DNA of 64,000 bases from Gordius albopunctatus (lineage: Eukaryota): positions 15,314,001 through 15,378,000 of the forward strand of contig OZ193909.1 of NCBI GenBank assembly GCA_964276515.1. Reading direction: 5' to 3'. Positions 49,175 to 62,158 of the stretch are shown piece after piece. Within the stretch, counting starts at the first letter, position 1; every line of letters begins with the position of its first letter. The notes below the pieces were generated by a model, which saw only the letters and a list, made by a program, of their open reading frames with translations, was not told where the DNA came from and searched no databases. Both the position numbers and the translations under genes were made by a program.

Positions 49175-50942
49175 TGTTAAGGACTGATATTTATTCACGT
49201 AAACTATTAGGAGTGTGATACAAAAACACGACGAAAAAGTGTGCTGGCGTATATATCCAACGCCTTCATATGTTACAACCAATTAACGCTAATTTGATTG
49301 ACAACGCGCGTGTAAATAACATCAACACGCAGGTAACTATCGTATCCCTGGAGGCACTTTACCTCTCTACAGTTCCCCCCTTTTCACAAAGATAAGGCCT
49401 TAGGTAGCTTAGAGCCTGTCGTACCCGGCGTGGGTATCTAACATCAGGCGGGGCGTTGTTAAGCTCCGGATCCATGGGAGCGACACTGTGTTACCCCGCT
49501 CCTGTAGCGGCATTGTCATTCGGAACCGTTGGCAGGGGACCCTGACTAAAGGCCATTGGTAAGGGCTCGCATCACCTGATCCGTTCGCAAGTGTAACCCG
49601 ATGCCGCCAACCATTTCCGTGTCCGCCCATTCTCCAGTTCAATATTTTCCTTCGTCTCACTTGATCTAAATGTCGATGGTGGCTTCTCCCTAGGGCCTTA
49701 ACGTCGAACGAGCGCGTCCCGCGCTTGGAAATAATGGTGCCCTCCACCCATTTATCGGGCTCCATGAACATAAGCACCCACACTGGGTCTCCGACGTCGA
49801 ACCCTTGCGCCCTTCTTGCATCTCTCCCCTGGGGGACGCTAGGTTCTCTTGATACTTCCCTTGACTCGTGCAGCTTAGGTAGGTACTTTTTGTAGCGTAG
49901 CCTTGGACCGACTACTACTGTTGTACCGCGCGTACCCCTAATCCACTCCCAGCGCTGCCGTAAAGTCCCATCGCTGGCGGTGTACTGTCGTATAACTTTC
50001 CGTGTGATGGACGCGTTCGCGGTATCCTCTAGTACCTCTTCGGTAACTTGGAACGCATGCTTGCTTGGTCGTCTCGCCACAACAATGACTGCGTCATCCT
50101 TACCCTTGATGGCAGCCATGGATCGACCTTGATTTTGGTCCGATTTCGCGTTCCTAGAGCGAGGCTTATTGGGGTTGAGTGGGATTACAGATTGTTGCTG
50201 AGACGAGGAGCCAGGATCCCTAGAAACCCCTTGCGGCGGTGCTACGCTGTTTGGTTGTTGTGGTAACTGACCCATCGAACCGGGTTGCTGTTGGTCGGGG
50301 GAGAAAACTGGGCCCGGCATTAAGACATGTGGAAAAATCTAGCTACCGGGTGGCCTACCCATTGGGTCCCCACCAAAGGAATGCATTTGACTATCTTGCA
50401 TCCCGATACTCATGGGATCGCTAGGTCTCGGCTCTTTCGGGACCTTCTCCTCGACGAAATTCACAACGTATTGCTCCATGACGGCTCGCGAACTCCATTG
50501 GGCTAGTTCCCATGCGTCCTTTCCGAACTCTTTAATCCAATTCGCCCCGAGTAACGGCGGTCCCTTTACATCCGCCACCAGCATCGACAGGCGCTTTCGG
50601 TTGGGAACCAGCCGGACCTAGGCTGTTACGTCCCCGATAATCTTTATCCCCTCGCCGCCAAACGCATACACGGCAGGTGTCGAGTTTGCTTGCACGGGTA
50701 AGCGTTTCTTCCACACGTTGGCCGGTACGATTGTAACGGTGGATCCCGTGTCCATAAGCAAAGTTATTAAGGTGTTATTGACAAATACATCAATAGTCAG
50801 AATATCTAAGTGTGCTGGCGTATATATCCAACGCCTTTATATGTTACAACCAATTAACGCTAATTTGATTGCCAACGCGCGTGTAAATAACATCAACACG
50901 CAGGTAACTATCGTATCCCTGGAGGCACTTTACCTCTCTACA
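49175..50942 (-). mobile_element. Deleted Ty3/Gypsy LTR retrotransposon
   Basis: 5-bp TSD GTCTG. Complete 197-bp 3' LTR at 49175-49371 (TG...CA) preceded by PPT AAAAGGGGGGAAC; partial 5' LTR at ~50809-50942. Retains protease LMDTGSTVTIV (~50760-50728) and an integrase C-tail FDVGDPVWV...KWVEGTI. No gag, RT or RNase H. Confidence 0.9.
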
Positions 50943-51138
50943 GTCTGCTTTTACTTTATTGCTTCCGCCTACTTAAAATACTGATCTTCGCTTTAACATA
51001 CTAACACACTAACCACTAACCTACTAACAACTGAACACGTAACCTCTGGTTAGCGTGGCCCGAGATGCACCTATGGTGTCAGATGGGACTCAATCTTAGC
51101 TTGCCGATTTAGATAAGCTCTTGTTTGTCATCGGGGCT

Positions 51139-51563
51139 TATACATACATACATACATACATACATACATACATACATACATACATACATACATACATACA
51201 TACATACATACATACATACATACATACATACATACATACATACATACATACATACATACATACATACATACATACATACATACATACATACATACATACA
51301 TACATACATACATACATACATACATACATACATACATACATACATACATACATACATACATACATACATACATACATACATACATACATACATACATACA
51401 TACATACATACATACATACATACATACATACATACATACATACATACATACATACATACATACATACATACATACATACATACATACATACATACATACA
51501 TACATACATACATACATACATACATACATACATACATACATACATACATACATACATACATAC
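51139..51563. repeat. (CATA)n microsatellite
   Basis: Uninterrupted run of ~425 bp. Confidence 0.99.
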
Positions 51564-53102
51564 CATTAAATCTTATGAATTGATTGGCTACTAATCTTAA
51601 TGGTCATAAATCGTCTTACATACTCACATTCTAAACCTCAATCCTAGAATAAATCCTAGAATCTTTTATATCTACACAAATTATTAAATTTAAGGCCCGA
51701 CAATAGATAATTCAACGCGTTTTAAGAATTTAAGATCTATTTTATATTTAATAAAATTCCTAAATAAAATCTTTTTAATTTTATATTATGGACACTTCAG
51801 ATAATTTAACCCGGGTAGATATCAATATGACGGGAGTCTTTCTCTTGTTGAATCTTAAATTTATCTAATTGTTTATTTAATCTTAAGGTGTCGAAATCAA
51901 ATCGAAGTAGATTTTTTATCTCCAATTCCCCCTTAAAAAACTGCAGAACTGTTTCCTCACAGGAACTAGCTAGGTTGAAGTTACTTTCAAAAATAAGTAA
52001 TGACGGTAGTAGTTACCTTTTTAGGTAACTGAATAGTTCCAGTTATTTACCTTGAGGAATCAGCGACATTTATGTTCATTCAGTTAAAAGTTTTCACAAT
52101 TTAATAAAATAATATTTATGAATATAATTTATTGAAATTTTTGTTAAAAAAAATTTAATATTAATTAGGAATTTCATTTAATATTATCATTTAATAAACG
52201 CCTGCGATTTCACATTAAATTACCGTGACTGAAGACGCTCGACTTTAGTGGTTTATTAAATATGATAAAAAGTTTTTAATCTTGAAAAATTATCGTAGAT
52301 TTCTAAAGAACCTTTATCATTATCTTAGGTTAGAAAGTGTTGGGCCGTGGGGCTCGATAAATGATTATCAACGAAGCGCTATATTATACCAGCATCCAAT
52401 ATTTTGTTAATCAATTGAATGCTATATTTACAGACTGTAATCTTTAGCATCTGTTTTATCACATGAAGAGTAAACACTTCTTAATGACAGATTTTCATTT
52501 ATTCAAATATATTTAAAAAAACTACAAAAAATCTTAAGAGGACTCTAAAATCTAATAATAAGATATAGTCACCAATATTTACATTGTATTACACATCTTG
52601 CACATTTGATGTTTCGCCACAGTGCATACATTGACGGGAAATCTATTATATATTTAATTTTATTGTATTTTAAGATTTACTACAATTCATAGCTTAATTA
52701 ATTAATAATACAACACCAAATATAGACTGCTTGTATAAGAACATTGAAATAAATATGTCAAAATAAGCATGATGAAAGCTTAGAAAAAAATCTTTATGTT
52801 TTCAACACTCTCCGAGATTCGCGATTTGTTCGAGAACGTGATTTGAATCAAAATTTGCGAAAAAGTTGGAGTTTGATTTAATTCCAAACCATTTAAGCAA
52901 TTATTGGAACGTTAGGCACGTGATTATTGAAGTTTCTTCCATCCGTTAAATTCATTGTGTATAAGCTATCCTAAATCCAAAATAAATTACTCTTAAATAA
53001 CAAGTTACTTGGTCCAAATTATCCTGCCTCATATGGTCATATCCCGGATTCACGAAGCCATAATCATTTCTAATATCATTTAATTTATTTTTTTTATTAT
53101 TC

Positions 53103-56006
53103 TTACTCATAAAAACCATTAGGATCACGACTTTGTAATTCCATTATTTTTGTGTTTTTAACTGGTATAAAAGCTTGCTTTTTTTGGTCATATATTATCT
53201 CACCTTCAATAGCTATGTTGTTTGAATAATAATCCTTTAAAATATCACGGTCATAATATGAACGACAAGGGTTATAGCACGGTAGAGTGTAACCAGAACC
53301 ATAATTTTCTCGCACATTTTCATTGCAATAAATGTTTTGCGTATCTTTGACACTAAAATACTCAAAGGCGGGCAGAGTGACATTATCAGAAGTGCTGACA
53401 GTCTGCATGTCACAATTATTTTGATAGTCAGAAACATACTCATCAGACTTCAAATCGGCAGACAACATTGCTATTTGCATAATATCCTCCCCTCGTAACG
53501 TCGTCATATCAGTGTATTGAGGCTGTTCGGTCTTTTCTTGGTTATCATTTACATACTTTGGATAATATGGATGATACTGGTTGTCATCATAGATGCCATT
53601 ATAATTTATACTATTGACTGATGGCCTTAAATATTGATAATCCTCACCGTTGATAGACTGATTGTTGGGCATGCAGCCATAGAGAGTTGAAAGGGAACTT
53701 TCATTTAAATGACAAAGCTGTTGTGAAGAAATATCTGCTTCTTCATCATAATTATCAGTCAGGTATTCATCGATGGGATAAAAACAAGAATCATAGGTAC
53801 TAAATGACTTTTTCAAACCAATGTTATTTTCATTGTAATTTTGATGCAGATGATGGTCTGACTTACTTATAAATCTATGACACCCAAAGCCATCTAAAGT
53901 TATTAAACATATATGTTATAAAACTATACCATAGGAACAAGGTTCCATTTTTCTTGTTCTTCGTCGCCTTTTAACCTATATAAATATGAATTTTCTATAC
54001 AAATTGATATTACTCTAGTTTCATAATCAGATGTATCATCAAATTTCAATCTCTTAACTATATTTCTGTGGACGCATTTTTTCTCCGATTTATTCAATAA
54101 GCGCTCAGCTTTTCGCTTTCTACTTTCAGCAGGACTATATACGTACCCTTTATAAATATATAGTGTTAAGTGTAAACCAATATTTAGGGGTTAACCTAAA
54201 ACCCTATATATTAAATAGTTAACATTATTGTTACACAAATTAAAAAAAAACACTTTAATATTGTAAATATTGAAGAATTTTTCAGAAGGACATAAGGCAG
54301 GAAGTCAAAATTAAAACCAAGAAAATAAAAAAAATAAAAGCTTTGTTTATACGTAACCATGTGTAAAATGTTTTAGAAGGTTAGACTTATAAAAATTAGA
54401 CAAATTAGTTGCAAATAATGAATGCGTATATAGGATGGTTTGTAATTTATAGACTAAACAGTGAAACGTATAAACTATCGGATTAGGGAGCCCAGAATTC
54501 ATATAGGGTTGATGAATTTATATTGCCAGCACATTATGATAATTTTAAAACGACTTTTTATTTTTAGGATTTGTAGGAAAACCCATCAAAATCAAGAAAT
54601 GTATCTAAGGCCTTGTTTGTTAGGAAAGCTTAACACACACCATTACCGCCAGGTCGTGTAAAAGTTGAACCATTATAAAATTCGCTGATTATTAAACAGC
54701 TAAAGATCTAAAATTTGTTACAGTTTGAGTAAATCTTATATTAACGCTTTCGTGTATATCATATATACTTTCATTTAAAAATTCCTTTAATTTGCTTATA
54801 TTTATATTTGTATATAATGAATATAATTATGGTTTGGCTAAGTAAGAGTGAGATTATGATTAACTTTTCTATAAAAGATCTCATTAAACACGGCGTGATA
54901 TTTGATCGTAATTATCCCAACTCAAAATCTCTTAAGAGTGTATGTCATACTCATCAGGCATTCAAACACTTACCTAAAGAAAATAACGTTCGATATCGTC
55001 ACCATTGGATGTATAAAAGAGAAGGTAGAGAAGAAGATTGCCAAAGAAACATATGTGAATTAAAATTAAGATTACACCCTATGACTTGGATATAAAATCG
55101 TTTGGGACATGTTTTTTTATATAGTTAATCATATTTTATAACATTTGTGGTTGTTAAACTCTCTAAAAAGGGACTATGTCAATCATACTGAACGTTAACG
55201 TTAAGACTTTATGCATTCGCTAATAAAATTTGTTTTATATTTTGTATATCCATGGGCGTAGCCAGGAGGTGGTAGGGACGGGCGGCTGCCACCCTCTAAA
55301 TCCAAAAATCCTTTAAAATTTAATATAAATAGGGCTAATATTTGAAAAAATTATCATTTTGCTCCTATCTAAATTATTATCGCCTCCTAAATATCCAATC
55401 CTGGCTCCGCCCATGTGTATATGCTTTACGTACCTGGGTGCAGTAATTTATGAACTCTATCAAGTTCATCAGCTTTTTGCTTAAAAGGTCTTTTTTCTTC
55501 ATTACTAAACGATTTCCATTCTTGTCCAAGCAAAACGCTCACTTTATTATTACTATATCCAGGATATTGTGTTTGTATCTCTTTTCGCCTCATTTTAGCA
55601 TAAATCATAAAAGCATTCATCGGTCTCCTTACTTTTTCTATACCATCGTCTTATTATATTGTAGAAATTAATATACATATCAAAATGTGCCTACTCATGC
55701 TAATAAAAAACAAACAAAAACTGGAGCAATCTCATTTTATTGCAAGTTTTATGGGCCTGGCCAAAGGGCAGGGAGGGGCGGCTTCCCTCCTCTAAATCCA
55801 AAAATTTGATAAAATTGATTAAAATTATAGCTTAAATTTTAAAAATGATCATTTTTACCCTCCCAAAGTCATTATTACCCCCCTCTAATCCCAATGCTGG
55901 CTATAACCATGGCTATTTTACTTTGTTAGAGTAAAAATAAACTTTATTATATGACAAATTTCAAACATATTTAAACCAAAGTTTATATAAGCTTACCCAT
56001 TTGCAT
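53103..56006 (-). CDS. Sox HMG-box transcription factor, SoxH/Sox30-like, ~398 aa
   Basis: Exons 56006-55997 (tentative), 55649-55434, 54147-54014, 53975-53930 and 53893-53103, phase-consistent. HMG box KVRRPMNAFMIYAK...LGQEWK...HPGYVYSP, followed by basic clusters and a Tyr/Asn/Asp-rich C-terminus. Confidence 0.88.
55251..55415. mobile_element. Short hAT-type MITE in a Sox intron
   Basis: TIR CATGGGCG(T/G)AGCCAGG; TSD TGTATATC/TGTATATG. Relatives at 8809, ~23137, ~45858 and ~55750. Confidence 0.85.
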
Positions 56007-56494
56007 AGAATATAATATTTATTATATAAAACTAAAGAATAAGCTATTCTAATTTTGTATTCCATTTATTTATTTGGGATAAATTATGTAGTGAACAGTT
56101 AACACATAAAAACGTGATTTGATTAGTTCATATATATATAATATTCATGGGCGTTGTCAGCAAAAATTAAAATTTTGTTAATTATTAAATAAATTAACAA
56201 ACGAATTAATAGTATTTATATTTAAGTAAAGACTAAGACACTTTTAAATACTTTAAGAGTTTATTTATACTTTTTTGAAATTTAATCTTCGACAAAAAAG
56301 CTTTTGATCCTTAATTCCTTTTTTTAAAATTCACGTGTTCACTTGTCAAAAAAAACTTAGTTGAACATCTTCCCCACAAGACTAACTGGCCCTCCCAGAC
56401 TTAAGTAGCGATTTTATAATTTATAGAGGTGATTCTATTCGGCAATCGGAATACATAATTTCCCTTTCGCGGATAAATATGGTGAAAAGAGAAA

Positions 56495-58540
56495 GTATGT
56501 ATGTATGTATGTATGTATGTATGTATGTATGTATGTATGTATGTATGTATGTATGTATGTATGTATGTATGTATGTATGTATGTATGTATGTATGTATGT
56601 ATGTATGTATGTATGTATGTATGTATGTATGTATGTATGTATGTATGTATGTATGTATGTATGTATGTATGTATGTATGTATGTATGTATGTATGTATGT
56701 ATGTATGTATGTATGTATGTATGTATGTATGTATGTATGTATGTATGTATGTATGTATGTATGTATGTATGTATGTATGTATGTATGTATGTATGTATGT
56801 ATGTATGTATGTATGTATGTATGTATGTATGTATGTATGTATGTATGTATGTATGTATGTATGTATGTATGTATGTATGTATGTATGTATGTATGTATGT
56901 ATGTATGTATGTATGTATGTATGTATGTATGTATGTATGTATGTATGTATGTATGTATGTATGTATGTATGTATGTATGTATGTATGTATGTATGTATGT
57001 ATGTATGTATGTATGTATGTATGTATGTATGTATGTATGTATGTATGTATGTATGTATGTATGTATGTATGTATGTATGTATGTATGTATGTATGTATGT
57101 ATGTATGTATGTATGTATGTATGTATGTATGTATGTATGTATGTATGTATGTATGTATGTATGTATGTATGTATGTATGTATGTATGTATGTATGTATGT
57201 ATGTATGTATGTATGTATGTATGTATGTATGTATGTATGTATGTATGTATGTATGTATGTATGTATGTATGTATGTATGTATGTATGTATGTATGTATGT
57301 ATGTATGTATGTATGTATGTATGTATGTATGTATGTATGTATGTATGTATGTATGTATGTATGTATGTATGTATGTATGTATGTATGTATGTATGTATGT
57401 ATGTATGTATGTATGTATGTATGTATGTATGTATGTATGTATGTATGTATGTATGTATGTATGTATGTATGTATGTATGTATGTATGTATGTATGTATGT
57501 ATGTATGTATGTATGTATGTATGTATGTATGTATGTATGTATGTATGTATGTATGTATGTATGTATGTATGTATGTATGTATGTATGTATGTATGTATGT
57601 ATGTATGTATGTATGTATGTATGTATGTATGTATGTATGTATGTATGTATGTATGTATGTATGTATGTATGTATGTATGTATGTATGTATGTATGTATGT
57701 ATGTATGTATGTATGTATGTATGTATGTATGTATGTATGTATGTATGTATGTATGTATGTATGTATGTATGTATGTATGTATGTATGTATGTATGTATGT
57801 ATGTATGTATGTATGTATGTATGTATGTATGTATGTATGTATGTATGTATGTATGTATGTATGTATGTATGTATGTATGTATGTATGTATGTATGTATGT
57901 ATGTATGTATGTATGTATGTATGTATGTATGTATGTATGTATGTATGTATGTATGTATGTATGTATGTATGTATGTATGTATGTATGTATGTATGTATGT
58001 ATGTATGTATGTATGTATGTATGTATGTATGTATGTATGTATGTATGTATGTATGTATGTATGTATGTATGTATGTATGTATGTATGTATGTATGTATGT
58101 ATGTATGTATGTATGTATGTATGTATGTATGTATGTATGTATGTATGTATGTATGTATGTATGTATGTATGTATGTATGTATGTATGTATGTATGTATGT
58201 ATGTATGTATGTATGTATGTATGTATGTATGTATGTATGTATGTATGTATGTATGTATGTATGTATGTATGTATGTATGTATGTATGTATGTATGTATGT
58301 ATGTATGTATGTATGTATGTATGTATGTATGTATGTATGTATGTATGTATGTATGTATGTATGTATGTATGTATGTATGTATGTATGTATGTATGTATGT
58401 ATGTATGTATGTATGTATGTATGTATGTATGTATGTATGTATGTATGTATGTATGTATGTATGTATGTATGTATGTATGTATGTATGTATGTATGTATGT
58501 ATGTATGTATGTATGTATGTATGTATGTATGTATGTATGT
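56495..58540. repeat. (TATG)n microsatellite, ~2.05 kb, inside a Helitron-like 5' region
   Basis: Uninterrupted run. Preceded by AAAAGAGAAAG and followed by GAAACTACCGACACGATT, the same layout as the 5' end of the Helitron at 58921. Confidence 0.97.
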
Positions 58541-58920
58541 GGATAAGGGCTAAATTCTGAAACTACCGACACGATTCGCGCGAAAATTTAACCGTAGATG
58601 CCGAAGGCGGCCAGGGGTAAAATAGCTTTTTCAGATTCCTAAAATTCCTTTTAGTTTTAAAAATATCGGACATTTCCCAGCCAGTTTTATTTATAGCATC
58701 CTATACAATAATGACGTCATACATACAAGGTTGAAGTTTTCTCGAATTAGATATTTAAAAGTATAATAAAAATGTTACAGTAAACGGTGAAAATTATTGG
58801 GGTTTAACAAAATATTTAAATTAAATAAATAAAATAGTGGTTTATAAACACTTTTGTCACTTAACTGTGCATGTTATCGCTAAACATCGCTAAGTAATAA
58901 GTACTTAAAACTGTTATAAA

Positions 58921-59933
58921 TCTATATAATCTTATATATAAAAATGAAAGTATGTATGTTTGCATGTGTGCCGCCACAAATTTTGGAGAACTACCAGACC
59001 GATTTGGCACAAAATTTCACAGTTTATTCCCCACACTCCGGAGCATGTTTTAAGATTTGCACGAGCCAAATCGGTCCAGTAGTTTTTGAGGGGTCAGGTT
59101 TTTTTTGTTTTATACGTTGTTTTATATGTTTTGGCACTTAATAAAAACGTCATATGACGTCATACGGTATACTGTAAAATGCGGCAATCACTTAATAAAA
59201 TTAAGACGTCATACAGGTTACTGTAAAATGCGTCAATCACTTAATAAAATGTCAATGACGTCATACAAGATACTGTAAAATGCGGCAATCACTTAATAAA
59301 ATGTCAATCATACGCAACTTCATGACGTCATATAGTGATACTGCAAAATGCAAAAATATAAATAATCTATCATAAAAGTGTATCACTTATAGTATTTTTT
59401 AGACCGTCATACGTGTACGTAGTGTAGTGTGATAAATGTAGGCATGTGCTGCATAAAATGGAAAGTTTTTACGATTTGAAACATTAAATCAAAGTCATTT
59501 TTTGCTTATTTTTTACGTCAATTATTATTATAGTATGGTCGTGTCCTCTCCTGGGTGGCTAAATAATTTTGTCATTTTTTGCGCGTTAAATAAGGAGAAA
59601 AATGAACAAAAGAAATGCTTGAAGGGCCAGGGGGCTAAAGACTTTTCCCTTGGGGGGGGGGCATGGGGCCAGGTTTTCTCTCTTGGGCGGGCTTGGGCCT
59701 TGGACCCTCTTTAATTATTTGTTTAACAATTTTTGCATAATAAACACTTACCAATTATATTTGATATATTGTTAATATATTATACGGAAATAGAACAATA
59801 GAAGTAGAACATATAGATATCAAACTTTATTTTTACTTCAATAACCGCTTTATTATCATATATGCCCTAAAATTCCAACATAATTTAATACACCCGGGTA
59901 AATGACAAAACAACGTTTGCCGGGTTCATCTAG
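58921..59933 (+). mobile_element. Non-autonomous Helitron with internal ~55-60-bp tandem repeats
   Basis: Starts A|TCTATATAATCTTATATATAAAAATGAAAG (alternative start 58930) and ends CAACGTTTGCCGGGTTCATCTAG|T. GACGTCATAC...CTGTAAAATGCG repeats at ~59155-59350. Confidence 0.88.
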
Positions 59934-61397
59934 TGAAGTATAAATTTTAAAAATATACGCAAGAGGGAAGAGCTGATAACCCTTCACTAAAGGTAAGGCT
60001 ATTTTTAAATCCAAAAAATGACACTCGATGTAAACAAAGTAATATAGAGTTCATCCTAGGTTAAAGACTAAGGCATTAATGTAATAAATGGGTTTCGGGA
60101 AATCCATCAATAATTAATAATGGTTTTCTACTTATATAAATTAGAGTGGTGTAGAAAACATTGGAACTTTCATTCAGCACTCCCCCATAAATGCGTCATC
60201 GTCGTTATTTTTATGAAATCATTAACCTCATCTGTATGTGAAAAAATATAAATAACATGTATTGCTTTAACTTGGTTATTAATAAATTTGTACGTAAAGC
60301 GGGGCATTTGTTTATTTTGACCCCCTCTTAATAGGACCACACCAGGTTTTATACAACAAATACTTTTGATTGGTCCGTATTATATTAAATGATTTGATGA
60401 CTTTCCATTTGATATTTTTTGACCAATATGTTTTAAAATCGTTAAATAAGTAATAATAGTAGATAGTTAGCGCTAATTTGTTCTAGATCCTAAACAATTA
60501 TATCTAAATTCATTTAGGTTTTTTAACATAAGATTATATATATATTAGCGATAAATAATAACAATAAGAAATAGAAGATAGGATTTGCAGAAACTATCCA
60601 TCCTCATGTTCTGAAAAACCCAGTAAGCCATGAGCCTACGCATGGGGAGGGCCCTTCTCGAACCGTCCTATACTTCTTAGTTCCTGAGACGATGGTAAGT
60701 TCTTAGCTTGAAACTTTACATGCATAATCTTAGCTCCCTCAAAAAACAATTTAATTTTTAACCTAAGATCCTAAAATATCTAATCACCATAATATTGGTC
60801 TTTACACATTTTTGGCCAGAAATCAATATTTTCAATTGATATGATGATTACCTCTTAAGTCAAATATTGACCCAACTTTATTCTGCGTCGAAAAATTGGT
60901 ATTTTGATAGCGCGGATAGCTATATAACTTCTGTGACGCATGACCTTTGGCCTCTGATGAATATGAAGTATATATTTGGCAAAAAAAATTTAATGGAAAA
61001 AATTCTTACCTCTTTCCCTTGTTCAGTGTCTTCCTCTATTTAGGGGTCTCACGTGTAATAACAACTGTCTTAACAAATTATTTTGACATGCAAATTATGG
61101 TATTCAACGCTTGTTTATGTAAAATGGTGGTGATCCAATAATAAATTTAGGGTCTTTCGCTTCTTATTGGGTTTGTTGTCTTCTTTTTCCACCCCTACAG
61201 AAAAATTGCGTCTAACAGAAATATTAAGATTATGATAATTACTTATTAATGCTCCATATATAAATAAGGGGGTGTCACCTAAAGATGACATGCGAATACC
61301 AAAAATACAAGATTTAATTTTTTATTTAAATCAATTACAATGAAATTATTATAAGTCATGATAATTAGCCAAGTATTTTTAATGCAATCCGGCATTA

Positions 61398-62158
61398 CTT
61401 CTTCTTCTTCTTTATCAGTTATTTGGTCCCACAGTCGTGGGGGTTTGTTTTGATAAGTTTCTTCCATCTTGACCGAGTGAGTGCCATATCTTGACTAATC
61501 TCTTTAGTTTCCATAACTTTATCGACTTGCCCTTTCTATGTGACATGGGGTCGTCCTCTTCCTCTTTTTGATTTACGTCATCCGTGTCTCTTAGTATATG
61601 CCCATATCACCTTAGTCGATTTTCGTTAATCATGTCCGCCATAGGTTGAATACCAATATTTATCATGAGAAAGTCATTCGTCCTATGGTTGAGCTTAGTA
61701 TACCCCAAGCTTCACCGTATCATTCTCATCTCTGTGGCTAATAGCTTTCCTTCCGTGGTGTTTAATGCCCATGTTTCACTTCCATAGAGTAACACCGGTC
61801 CTACGATGATTTTGTTAGCTCTGCTCTTTAAATATATTGGACAATACACTAGATACACTTAGCTTTAAGCCATTCTTTTTAAATCTGGGCATCGACTTCT
61901 GTTTCGCAACCTCCATCTTGATATAACATCGAATCGACGACTATAAAATGTCTGCTTTTAGGTACTTTAGATATTAATCTAGCGAAAGGGAGCCTGTGAC
62001 GTGCATCTCCATGTATACTGCTTTTCGATCGTTGACCTTTAAACCATATTCAGCTAAGCGTTTTGACCACATTTCGGCTTCTTCGAATACTTTCGCCTTT
62101 GTCTCTTTGCATAGTACTATGTATATCATCGGCATATAGACTACACTATGGCGATGGC
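61398..62158 (-). mobile_element. 5'-truncated degenerate RTE, copy 4
   Basis: (TTC)n tail followed by the reverse complement of the RTE 3' end up to the YADD region. Confidence 0.92.

Larger units (their letters stand above)
48420..51563 (+). mobile_element. 5'-truncated RTE-related LINE with (CATA)n tail, split by a Gypsy insertion
   Basis: Residual protein RLRLFKTTILPIFLYGCETWSL...ISNPNLW...SR*WNFLAH. The 3' UTR continues at 50948-51140 into the microsatellite tail. Confidence 0.65.

Noticed and set aside
53103..53816. Stand-alone 237-aa orphan ORF
   Set aside because: It is in frame with the last exon of the Sox gene.
56401..58572. ~700-aa MYVC/HTYI ORFs (also 51109-51594)
   Set aside because: Stop-free frames of (TATG)n/(CATA)n microsatellites.
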